32,000 nucleotides of DNA from contig JBAZRV010000001.1 of the NCBI GenBank assembly GCA_041662745.1, positions 120,001 through 152,000 on the forward strand. The letters run 5' to 3'. The DNA comes from Patescibacteria group bacterium. GTDB taxonomy: Bacteria; Patescibacteriota; Patescibacteriia; 2-01-FULL-39-33. Positions 1 through 8,640 of this stretch are shown in pieces. Position 1 is the stretch's first letter. Every line of letters starts with the position of its first letter. The translations under genes were made by a program, and so were the position numbers. The notes under the pieces were generated by a model. That model was not told the origin of the DNA. It saw only the letters and a program-made list of their open reading frames with translations, and did not search any database.

Positions 1-13
1 TAAACAGAACAGT

Positions 14-3000
14 TTAATCTTTTAAGTTAGGATTGTATCTAAATAAAGCTTCTCGGCCGTCTTTATAACCATCGCCGTCACTGTCGGCATTAGCCGGTTG
101 AGTATTATAGATGTTAGTCTCATCGCTATCGGCCAGACCATCTTTATCGCTATCAATAAAACCGGCATCGTTCCTGATATAATCATTCTCAAAGCTTGAT
201 TGGATAATGATTAATCGGTTCTTCCATTTTTCCCCAAAAATATCAGCTGCTTCCTGCTCGCTAATATATTTCAAATTATTATTGCCAAAAACCATGTAAA
301 CTCTGGGACTATTATCAAAACTAATCAAGTTTGATCCGGGATTAGCCCTAACATGATCCCCTTCGGTTAACGCATCAAAGGTTGCTTGGTTGATTACTTC
401 TACTTTTTGTTGCGCCCAAGCGCCGGTATGCCAAGTCCAATAAGTCGCCTCGTTAACATATAAATGCCTTTTATTATCGTCAGTCACATGATAAACAGCT
501 GGATTGTTTGCTACTTTTATCATTCTGCCGGCAGTATAAATTCCCTTCCCAACCGTTGAAGCCGTCGAACTGCTTTCAATAATTGAACTGCCACACGGCT
601 GGCTCTCGGCCGGCCTCGTGCTGTTTTGTTTACAGCCGTGACTATCGGTGCAGGTTCTAATCTGCGTACCATTAGAACAAGCCATCCAAGCCGTGCAACC
701 CCACTTAGGCGTACAGGCTGAAGCGCAGGTTTGAGAAAGCGCCGGCCTATTGGCAACCGTACCGCAACTGCTTGAATCGGCGCATGTTCTGGTTTGATTA
801 TTGCCGGAACAAGCAGACCAAGAGCCACAAGTCCAATTTTCCGTACAATCCGATCCGCTTGAAGCGCAGGTTTGAGAAAGTGCCGGTCTGTTGGCAACCG
901 TACCGCAACCATTACTGTCAGTGCAGGTCCTGATCTGGCTATTATTAGAACAAGCAGACCAAGAACCACAAGTCCAATTTTCCGTGCAACCGGAAGCTGT
1001 CGTTGGTTTGATTTTAATTGCAATATCCTTTGAGAAACTGGGTATTGATCCGGTTAATACTCCGCCGACGGTCTGAACCTGCCCCTCGCTAATCAAACCG
1101 CCCGTTCCCCAAGTATTATAATATTGTATTTTGTAAGTACCGGCGCTAAGGCCGGGTAAAGTGAAAGTAGTATTGCTTATAACTCCATTGTTTTCTAATC
1201 CATACTGACTCCCGATATCATAAACCCATAAGTAAGCGGAATTATTTCCAACTAAACTGATATTTTGCAAAATATGAGAATTAAAAGCAACTGAAGTGGG
1301 ACAGCTGAAAGAATAATCTTTGATATAAAACCAATCGCGGCCGGTATTTTTAACCTGGATTGTGTGTGTTCCGGCCGGGATAGAAGCCTCCAATTCCAGA
1401 TTTGAGGCTCCGGCGGCCGGCGCCAATGAGGCAGCCACCACCCCATCAACCAAAATCTCCATGCTGCTCGGCAAATAAGCGTAATTGGAAACAGAGGGAA
1501 TAATAAGCTTGATAGTTGCCGGCGCATCAAAATTTGTATGAAAAATTGGATCGGAACGAAGGCTTTCTTGGATTGTTCCATGGAGATTAACGGTCATTTT
1601 TTCAAAATCTTCTATTTGCCCGTACTGATCAACATTAAATATTCGCTGTTGAGGCACATCATAAAAATTAATAAGGCCGGGAAGATTAGAACGAACAACA
1701 GTCTCTCTGGCCATCGTTTGAGTGGTTACCTGCACCTCAGTATTTATAAGGCCCTCATCGCCCCAAGTCTCGCCGTCCATAAAAAGGAATGGCGGTTTGA
1801 AAAGTTGATATAACCTTAAACTGCCACCGACATAAGAGGCGTACCAAATATGGGCTGATGATTTTAAAAACAACGATTCCCATATAATATTATGAAGATG
1901 CAATCCTTCCGCTAATTGCGAACGATACGGTTCGGAGAAGGAAGAATAAGTGAGTTCCGGCGCGTCATCGTCAGCTCCTAAACCAAATTCACCCGTAAAA
2001 ATCGGCTTGCCATACTGACGAAGTTTTTCTGTTGATGATTTAAGATAAGCGAAAATATCAGTGGTATAGGAATGAAGCTGTATTATATCCATATTGGACA
2101 ACGACCAAAACGGTGTTTCGTTGGCTTCAGTGTATCCGGCCTCAACGCTGGTAGTAATGGGGTGGTCAAAAGGATCAAGCTCCTTGATAAACCGCGCCAT
2201 CTCCTCATGCCAAGCAACGATAGCGTTTCGGTTGCTGGCGGCTCCGCTGGAATACATCACCTCATTAAATAATTCCCAACTTTGGACGGACGTGGAATAA
2301 CCCCAGCGGGCAATAATATAACGATATTTATTTTTGGTTAGACGAATTGCTTCTGCGTCGGTAAAAAATTGTTGCGGGTTGGTCAGCCAACCGCCATAAT
2401 CTGAATTAGCGCTGTTATAAGGATTATTGCGCCACTCGTCATAATTAAGAAATTGCTGAAAATATTGCAAAACAAGCTGAATGGCAACACCATTTTGTTC
2501 GGCAAGCTCAATAACCCTGTCTAATCGCCAAGAAATTTCAAGGCCGTATTGACCAACGCCATGATAATAGGGCGGCGGGCTGGTAATATTTTTGGGAGTC
2601 CATTCAATATTTTCTCCGGTATTATAACTGCTCATCCAAACTCTTTCCCAAGTAACGCCATTATCATGCATTTTTTGAAAATGAGCTGTCCACCAGGCTA
2701 GGCCGGTATTGTTACCGGCGCAAATTTGATTATAGCCAATAGGGGCAAATTGTTCTCCTGTTGTCCGTCGCAACAAAGAATGATCGCGTGAATCTATGCG
2801 GATAAAACCCTTTTTTGCCGAGGAGACGCATTGAAAACTATTGGCGCCTGGAATAGTCTGGGTGCCAATGCTGTCAGTCACACTAATGGTATAACTATGC
2901 GTGCCGAATTGGGTGGGAGCAAAACGAGCTTTCCAAGAAGGATTACGGCCATTGCCATAACGTTCGGGATTGCCGGCTGTAATATCATATTCCATATAAT

Positions 3001-3370
3001 AAAAAGCAGGGACAACCTTACTTGTTCCATCCGGTTGGATAAAAGTCACATCCACCTTTATCTGGTCGGCATCAAAAGGATTTTTATAAGTCGCGGTCTC
3101 AGAAGGATTTGAATAATTTCCTTCCAAAGTAAAGGTTAATTCAAATTTTTCATATTGGCCGATACTGTTTGAGTTTTGGGATTGGGAAATAACCGGATTA
3201 TCACCCGTCAATGCTTGAGCCACATTAATCTGTCTTGCTAGGCCAAACCCAAAAAACATTAAAATTAAAGTAATAAATAAAAAAACAGCTGGCCATAAAA
3301 ACTTGGCTATAGCTGTTTCAATTTTGTTACGACCGTTTAATTTCTTTATTTTCCGTGAAAATAAAGCCAT
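14..3370 (-). CDS. Large secreted protein: N-terminal TM/signal segment, DUF5060-like Ig domain, GH5-like (beta/alpha)8 catalytic region, three TSP1-like Cys-rich repeats, C-terminal CPR-type surface domain and a D-x-D-x-DG Ca-binding (TSP3-like) segment
   Basis: 1118-aa ORF. Motifs: WELFNEV and PIFTGEFG (candidate acid/base and nucleophile Glu), CTENWTCGSWSAC...RTC repeats, PAVYHVTDDNKRHLYVNEATYWTW, DSDKDGLADSDE...ADSDGDGYKDG. Confidence 0.8.
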   Translation of the reverse strand: MALFSRKIKKLNGRNKIETAIAKFLWPAVFLFITLILMFFGFGLARQINVAQALTGDNPVISQSQNSNSIGQYEKFELTFTLEGNYSNPSETATYKNPFDADQIKVDVTFIQPDGTSKVVPAFYYMEYDITAGNPERYGNGRNPSWKARFAPTQFGTHSYTISVTDSIGTQTIPGANSFQCVSSAKKGFIRIDSRDHSLLRRTTGEQFAPIGYNQICAGNNTGLAWWTAHFQKMHDNGVTWERVWMSSYNTGENIEWTPKNITSPPPYYHGVGQYGLEISWRLDRVIELAEQNGVAIQLVLQYFQQFLNYDEWRNNPYNSANSDYGGWLTNPQQFFTDAEAIRLTKNKYRYIIARWGYSTSVQSWELFNEVMYSSGAASNRNAIVAWHEEMARFIKELDPFDHPITTSVEAGYTEANETPFWSLSNMDIIQLHSYTTDIFAYLKSSTEKLRQYGKPIFTGEFGLGADDDAPELTYSSFSEPYRSQLAEGLHLHNIIWESLFLKSSAHIWYASYVGGSLRLYQLFKPPFLFMDGETWGDEGLINTEVQVTTQTMARETVVRSNLPGLINFYDVPQQRIFNVDQYGQIEDFEKMTVNLHGTIQESLRSDPIFHTNFDAPATIKLIIPSVSNYAYLPSSMEILVDGVVAASLAPAAGASNLELEASIPAGTHTIQVKNTGRDWFYIKDYSFSCPTSVAFNSHILQNISLVGNNSAYLWVYDIGSQYGLENNGVISNTTFTLPGLSAGTYKIQYYNTWGTGGLISEGQVQTVGGVLTGSIPSFSKDIAIKIKPTTASGCTENWTCGSWSACSNNSQIRTCTDSNGCGTVANRPALSQTCASSGSDCTENWTCGSWSACSGNNQTRTCADSSSCGTVANRPALSQTCASACTPKWGCTAWMACSNGTQIRTCTDSHGCKQNSTRPAESQPCGSSIIESSSTASTVGKGIYTAGRMIKVANNPAVYHVTDDNKRHLYVNEATYWTWHTGAWAQQKVEVINQATFDALTEGDHVRANPGSNLISFDNSPRVYMVFGNNNLKYISEQEAADIFGEKWKNRLIIIQSSFENDYIRNDAGFIDSDKDGLADSDETNIYNTQPANADSDGDGYKDGREALFRYNPNLKD
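593..988 (-). repeat. Three TSP1-like Cys-rich repeats inside the large secreted protein; the first two are nearly identical with a 141-bp period
   Basis: CTENWTCGSWSACSNNSQIRTCTDSNGCGTVANRPALSQTC / CTENWTCGSWSACSGNNQTRTCADSSSCGTVANRPALSQTC / CTPKWGCTAWMACSNGTQIRTCTDSHGCKQNSTRPAESQPC. Confidence 0.85.
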
Positions 3371-3484
3371 ATTTATTAGATCTTTTAAATTATTATGAAA
3401 TAATTACCATTCTTTACTTATTCATTTTAACATATAAAACAGTTTTTATCCAACATTTTATCTATCTTTTAAGCCATAAAAACA

Positions 3485-3516
3485 AAATTGTTACGTAGCC
3501 TGCTACGTAACAATTT
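3485..3516 (-). terminator. Intrinsic terminator downstream of the tRNA-Pro gene
   Basis: Perfect 15-bp inverted repeat AAATTGTTACGTAGC-CT-GCTACGTAACAATTT, followed on the minus strand by TTTTGTTTTT. Confidence 0.75.
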
Positions 3517-3533
3517 ATCAAAGTTTCGTCTTA

Positions 3534-3607
3534 TCGGGGTGACACGACTCGAACGTGCGACTTCTTGCTCCCAAAGCAAGCGCTCTAGCCAACTGAGCTA
3601 CACCCCG
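3534..3607 (-). tRNA. tRNA-Pro(TGG)
   Basis: Cloverleaf CGGGGTG...CACCCCG-A, anticodon loop TTTGGGA, T-loop TTCGAGT; no encoded CCA. Confidence 0.95.
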
Positions 3608-3614
3608 TAAATAA

Positions 3615-3686
3615 AATTACGAACTGCGAATTAAAAACTACGATTTAATCATTTTTTTCGTAATTCATAATTCGCAGTTCGTAATT
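3615..3686. repeat. Two facing arrays of degenerate 7-nt units forming an 18-bp inverted repeat
   Basis: AATTACG AACTGCG AATTAAA AACTACG ATTTAAT (3615-3649) and CGTAATT CATAATT CGCAGTT CGTAATT (3659-3686). Arms AATTACGAACTGCGAATT / AATTCGCAGTTCGTAATT are perfect. Confidence 0.8.
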
Positions 3687-3702
3687 ATTTTACAATTCAG
3701 GA

Positions 3703-4016
3703 TGCCGAGGGCGAGAATTGAACTCGCGACACAAAGATTTTCCATATGCTTGCTTGAGTTTCCTCAAGGATTGGACTATTTCATCTTCGTATTCTTACGA
3801 ACTTAGAAGTCGGGCGCTAATGTGAGATTATTGTTGGGACTCACTCACTAGTCTCTACACCTTTTCCGGAAATTTTACCCGCCGGAACTTGGCTCGAGAT
3901 TGCCTATTCGTTAAAAACGAATTTAGGTTTCCTCGAATTCACCCGATTTTCATTTTAAGGTTTCCCTTAAACGGACCAAAAATCAGTCTTCTGCTCTACC
4001 ACTGAGCTACCTCGGC
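3703..4016 (-). tRNA. tRNA-Phe(GAA) interrupted by a group I intron (exon 1 4016-3985, exon 2 3742-3703)
   Basis: Exons join to GCCGAGGTAGCTCAGTGGTAGAGCAGAAGACT|GAAAATCTTTGTGTCGCGAGTTCAATTCTCGCCCTCGGCA. Complete cloverleaf with loop CTGAAAA. Confidence 0.9.
3743..3984 (-). ncRNA. Group I self-splicing intron (about 242 nt, no internal endonuclease ORF)
   Basis: P1 exon GACU pairs with internal guide GGUC with U.G at the splice site; P2 TTTAAGG-GAAA-CCTTAAA; core CAATCTCGAGCCAAG, GTGTAGAGACTA and GATGAAATAGTCC; terminal stem CTTGAG-GAAA-CTCAAG; intron ends in G. Confidence 0.88.
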
Positions 4017-4020
4017 AAAT

Positions 4021-4051
4021 TAGCTTATAGCTAATGGCCAATAGCTTATAG
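4021..4051. repeat. Degenerate 7-nt tandem repeat array (TAGCTTA type)
   Basis: TAGCTTA TAGCTAA TGGCCAA TAGCTTA TAG. Confidence 0.75.
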
Positions 4052-4065
4052 TAATTTATTAAAAA

Positions 4066-4093
4066 CTATATGCCATACGCCATGAGCCATATG
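4066..4093. repeat. Degenerate 7-nt tandem repeat array (CCATATG type)
   Basis: CTATATG CCATACG CCATGAG CCATATG. Confidence 0.75.
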
Positions 4094-4104
4094 CTTTTTC
4101 GCTG

Positions 4105-4178
4105 TGCGCATACCAAGATTCGAACTTGGGACCTCGTCATTATCAGTGACGCGCTCTAACCAACTGAGCTATATGCGC
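4105..4178 (-). tRNA. tRNA-Ile(GAT)
   Basis: GCGCATATAGCTCAGTTGGTTAGAGCGCGTCACTGATAATGACGAGGTCCCAAGTTCGAATCTTGGTATGCGCA; anticodon loop CTGATAA. Confidence 0.96.
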
Positions 4179-4218
4179 ATAATAAAGGGAGAAATCTCTC
4201 CCAAAGAACGGCAAAAAA

Positions 4219-4482
4219 TTAATTCAAATAAATGCAATTCTTGGCGAAAGTGACTTTAAATAAATTATCGGAAAAAAATTTGATCAATTTTTTCCGTTCT
4301 TCCGCTGACAGAACTGGCAGATGAATCGTATCACTATAAGGAATATAATTCTCACCTCGGCCGTCGCACAAAATATACATCCTGCCGAAGATGAACTCTA
4401 CCCATTGATTTAAGGCGTGTAATTCGCGAATAGCATTAAGCGCAATAGTGTTACATTTGAAATCATCCGGTTTTGGAAACAT
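4219..4482 (-). CDS. Hypothetical protein (87 aa)
   Basis: Complete ORF with a strong Shine-Dalgarno (AAAGGAGGGAGAGCAATG) and its own upstream promoter. Confidence 0.7.
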   Translation of the reverse strand: MFPKPDDFKCNTIALNAIRELHALNQWVEFIFGRMYILCDGRGENYIPYSDTIHLPVLSAEERKKLIKFFSDNLFKVTFAKNCIYLN

Positions 4483-4534
4483 TGCTCTCCCTCCTTTTTA
4501 GTTTACAATTCTAAAAGAACAAAATCACTTAATT

Positions 4535-4563
4535 AATATATCAAAATAATGCCGGTTGTTCAA
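4535..4563 (-). promoter_or_regulatory. Sigma70-type promoter for the 87-aa ORF and probably the downstream tRNA cluster
   Basis: Minus strand TTGAAC, 17-nt spacer, TATATT. Confidence 0.6.
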
Positions 4564-4571
4564 TATCCATT

Positions 4572-4615
4572 AAAAAATCCCGACTCCCGCTCTTCCGCGG
4601 GGCGGGATTTTTTTT
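4572..4615. terminator. Intrinsic terminator between 16S rRNA and the 87-aa ORF
   Basis: AAAAAATCCCG ... CGGGATTTTTTTT GC-rich hairpin with A/T tracts on both sides. Confidence 0.7.
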
Positions 4616-4719
4616 GACAACTAGATAGCGGTAAAAAGCTTTCCAAACCCATTCTTATGCCTTTCGGCACAAGAGCGACCATGAGACAAATTCGTGAGAA
4701 CTGTCTCAATTTCTCCTTA

Positions 4720-6193
<1,474 letters not shown>

Positions 6194-6506
6194 AAGATGA
6201 ATAAAAGGGTTCCTTATCAACACCGAAGTGAGATAAAGAAATTTCATTCAACTGGCTTTGCAACTAGATTACGATCAGTTGCCAACCGTTTTTTGCTTTA
6301 TGACTTGCGCTAAGGGCGCGCCGGCGAACCGGTTGTCATAAAGTTGGATTGAAAGTATTGTAGTGAATTCGGTTTACTCCGCGGGGGCGGAAACGAATTC
6401 ATAATAAACTCAAATTTAAATTCTTTGGTTTGGTGCTTTTTACCACTATTCAGTTGTCAAATTTCATTTCTCAACACTCATCCGCCTTGTTCTTCCTGTT
6501 CTCCTT

Positions 6507-6600
6507 TGTCATTCCCGCGCAGGCGGGAATCCAGGTTTTATGGATTCCTGATATTTTTGTTTCGGCCATTAGGCCTTAACACAAAAATTCAGGAATGACA
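6507..6600. repeat. Short MITE-like/palindromic element in the 16S leader
   Basis: Terminal inverted repeats TGTCATTCC ... GGAATGACA; nested hairpins ATTCCCGC-GCAG-GCGGGAAT and TTCCTGATATTTTTGT/ACAAAAATTCAGGAA. Confidence 0.55.
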
Positions 6601-6798
6601 GGGTGAGGAAACGGCTGATTTTTGAGTTAAGAAAAAACAGAGGGATCCGACTTGACGAACTTTGCCTGAAGCAAAATTCATTTCAGATACCACTGTTTTC
6701 CCTTTTTTATCTCACCGCAATATCAATGCCGGCGGATAAAACAACTTAATTTTGATTTCTTTTTGGGAAAGAGTTTGGTGTTAAGTTTTTACCCTCTA

Positions 6799-6827
6799 AT
6801 TTTATCTTATTTTAGAAAGAATGTCAA
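6799..6827 (-). promoter_or_regulatory. Probable 16S rRNA promoter
   Basis: Minus strand TTGACA, 17-nt spacer, TAAAAT; about 600 nt upstream of the mature 16S 5' end. Confidence 0.6.
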
Positions 6828-6903
6828 GGATAATTAATAAAGAATAAATAATAAGCCAAAATCATTACATTATTAGCTAAATTTAGACAAAATTAAGCCA
6901 AAT

Positions 6904-6927
6904 AAAAACCGCCGGCCTTAACCGACG
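6904..6927 (-). terminator. Intrinsic terminator downstream of the 52-aa ORF
   Basis: Minus strand CGTCGG-TTAAGG-CCGGCG followed by GTTTTTATTT. Confidence 0.6.
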
Positions 6928-6977
6928 ATTTTTGAGTAAACTCATTTATGCACAGCATTTGCACAAACCCGCTTTCA

Positions 6978-7136
6978 TTATTCAGCGGCTTCTTCAGCCG
7001 GAGCTTCGGTAACTTCGGGCATAGCTTCTTCAGTGGCAACCTCGGCTGTCGGCTCTGCGGTTTCTTCGGTGGCAGCGACTTCTTCAGTCGGGGCAACAAC
7101 AGTATTGTCGTCGTCGCCTAAAAATTGAAATGACAT
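6978..7136 (-). CDS. Very acidic 52-aa small protein
   Basis: MSFQFLGDDDNTVVAPTEEVAATEETAEPTAEVATEEAMPEVTEAPAEEAAE. Below the ORF-track cutoff, with flanking promoter and terminator. Confidence 0.6.
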   Translation of the reverse strand: MSFQFLGDDDNTVVAPTEEVAATEETAEPTAEVATEEAMPEVTEAPAEEAAE

Positions 7137-7167
7137 GTGTTTGTGGTTATTAGTTAATTATTTTTTA

Positions 7168-7196
7168 ATCATACGCTACAAATGGCGATTCGTCAA
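7168..7196 (-). promoter_or_regulatory. Promoter of the 52-aa ORF
   Basis: Minus strand TTGACG, 17-nt spacer, TATGAT. Confidence 0.6.
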
Positions 7197-7210
7197 TAAT
7201 TGGAAATGAC

Positions 7211-7927
7211 TTATTGTTTTTTGCTTTTTTTCTGTCGCCATTTTTCCACGGCGCCATGATGGCCGGACAAAAGCACTTTGGGCACTCTTAATTTTTTGCC
7301 GTTAACCGTAAAAACTTCCGGTCGAGTATAGTGCGGATGCTCTAAGTAGCCGACGGTCGCATGCGATTCTTTCTCCACTGATTCCTGCTTGCCGACAAAG
7401 CCCGGCAATTGACGGCAGACGGCCTCAATAATCACTGCCGCCGGCAATTCGCCGCCGGCCAGAACATAATCGCCGATAGAAATTTTTTCATCAACTAATT
7501 TTTCCACTCGCGCGTCCACGCCTTCATATCGGGGACAGACAAAAACCAATTGCTCGTATTTGGCCAAACGCGCCGCATCTTTCTGAGTGAACCTCTTGCC
7601 GTTGGCCGCAGTTAAGATTATTCTGGTCTTTAGCTTGTAGCTTGTAGCTTGTAGCTTTTTATTACTATTATTCTTTTTGATTATTGTATCTTGTTTCTTG
7701 GTTATTGCTTTGAGTGCCTTATATATCGGTTCAATCTTAAACAGCAAACCCGCTCCCCCGCCATAAGGCTTAGCATCCACCGTCTGATGGCGATCGGTCG
7801 TCCAACGACGCAGGTTATGGGTCTTAACGGCGAATAATTTATTTTTCTGCGCGCGCTTAAACAAAGACTCATTAAAATATGATTCTAAAATTTCCGGAAA
7901 AATTGTAACAATATCAAATCGTTTCAT
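7211..7927 (-). CDS. trmD: tRNA (guanine-N1)-methyltransferase TrmD
   Basis: MKRFDIVTIFPEI, PYGGGAG, CPRYEGVDARV, SIGDYVLAGGELPA, YLEHPHYTRPEVF. Confidence 0.96.
   Translation of the reverse strand: MKRFDIVTIFPEILESYFNESLFKRAQKNKLFAVKTHNLRRWTTDRHQTVDAKPYGGGAGLLFKIEPIYKALKAITKKQDTIIKKNNSNKKLQATSYKLKTRIILTAANGKRFTQKDAARLAKYEQLVFVCPRYEGVDARVEKLVDEKISIGDYVLAGGELPAAVIIEAVCRQLPGFVGKQESVEKESHATVGYLEHPHYTRPEVFTVNGKKLRVPKVLLSGHHGAVEKWRQKKSKKQ
7631..7658 (-). repeat. 7-nt tandem repeat TAGCTTG (about 4 units) inside trmD coding sequence
   Basis: TAGCTTG TAGCTTG TAGCTTG TAGCTTT; translates to KLQATSYKL. Confidence 0.9.
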
Positions 7928-8053
7928 ATAATCATTTCAAACAATTTAATTATAACAGATAATTTAAAACCGGCCAAAATGACCGGTAAAGAACTTTTTA
8001 TGTTATGAACATACTGTAAAAATAAAATTTTGTCAAGACTGCTTTATCTAAAC

Positions 8054-8084
8054 AAAACACCGCCCCAAGCGAGGCGGTGTTTTT
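8054..8084. terminator. Intrinsic terminator downstream of the KH-domain gene
   Basis: AAAACACCGCC-CCAAGCGAG-GGCGGTGTTTT. Confidence 0.8.
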
Positions 8085-8102
8085 ATGTTTCTGATGGCTT
8101 TA

Positions 8103-8429
8103 TTAAATGCTCAAGTCATCAACTACATCGGTGTCAACTCTTTCGGCATCAACCGGTCGAGAAGCGCGAGGGCCTCTGGAACCTTCCGGTTCATCAATTT
8201 TTAAGTTGACTCTGGCGTTGTTCTTAGCGCCGATGATTTTGGCCAAAGTTCTAATTGCTTTGGCGGTCTGGCCCTGGCGGCCGATAACGTAACCGATATC
8301 GGTGGGGGCGACATGGAGGGTCAATAAAACGCCTCTTTCGTCGACGGTTCTGTCGACTCTGACATCATCGGGGTTGGCAACAATCGCCTTGACGATGGTT
8401 TCTACAAACATTTGGTCTTTCTCAGCCAT
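8103..8429 (-). CDS. khpA: KH-domain RNA-binding protein (YlqC/KhpA family)
   Basis: LHVAPTDIGYVIGRQGQTAKAIRTLAKIIGAKNNARVNLKIDEP; upstream of trmD. Confidence 0.85.
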   Translation of the reverse strand: MAEKDQMFVETIVKAIVANPDDVRVDRTVDERGVLLTLHVAPTDIGYVIGRQGQTAKAIRTLAKIIGAKNNARVNLKIDEPEGSRGPRASRPVDAERVDTDVVDDLSI

Positions 8430-8640
8430 ATTCTTTGTTTAATAATAAACCGATAACACTTTCACAAATTCCAGCAAAAGCGGAATAACTGCGAAGTAAG
8501 TTATCAAGGTTCATGGGTTTTTCTACCCTTCACCTGTGTATAATTATAGCAAATCAAAACAAACTTGTCAAGAGGATGAAAAATCAAGTATAATAACAAT
8601 AAGAAAGACAAAAAACTATCTCTTACACTACACATCATAT

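Noticed and set aside
573-1008. Mobile element or assembly duplication at the 141-bp period
   Set aside because: The duplication is in frame and encodes complete six-Cys domains, with divergence in the third copy. This is consistent with protein domain expansion.
520-1076. ORFs 520..1023 (-) and 891..1076 (+) over the Cys-rich repeats
   Set aside because: Alternative frames of the repetitive TSP1-like region of the large CDS. The low-complexity translation follows from the DNA repeat.
3703-4016. Two separate tRNA fragments or a tRNA pseudogene
   Set aside because: The halves combine to a complete cloverleaf and the insert carries group I core motifs, so an intron explains all of the sequence.
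3615-4093. CRISPR-like array in the tRNA spacers
   Set aside because: Units are only 7 nt and contiguous, with no spacers of uniform length and no cas genes.
6893-7099. 68-aa ORF MLPRLKKSLPPKKP...
   Set aside because: Out-of-frame shadow of the 52-aa acidic ORF. Its Lys/Pro-rich translation comes from reading GAA/GCC codons in another frame, and the 52-aa frame fits the promoter and terminator better.
8536-8640. N-terminal 35-aa extension of the GspE-like ORF from GTG 8536
   Set aside because: It starts within a TATAAT-like promoter element and has non-conserved composition. ATG 8641 (MTDTLGPSLEDL) is the better start.
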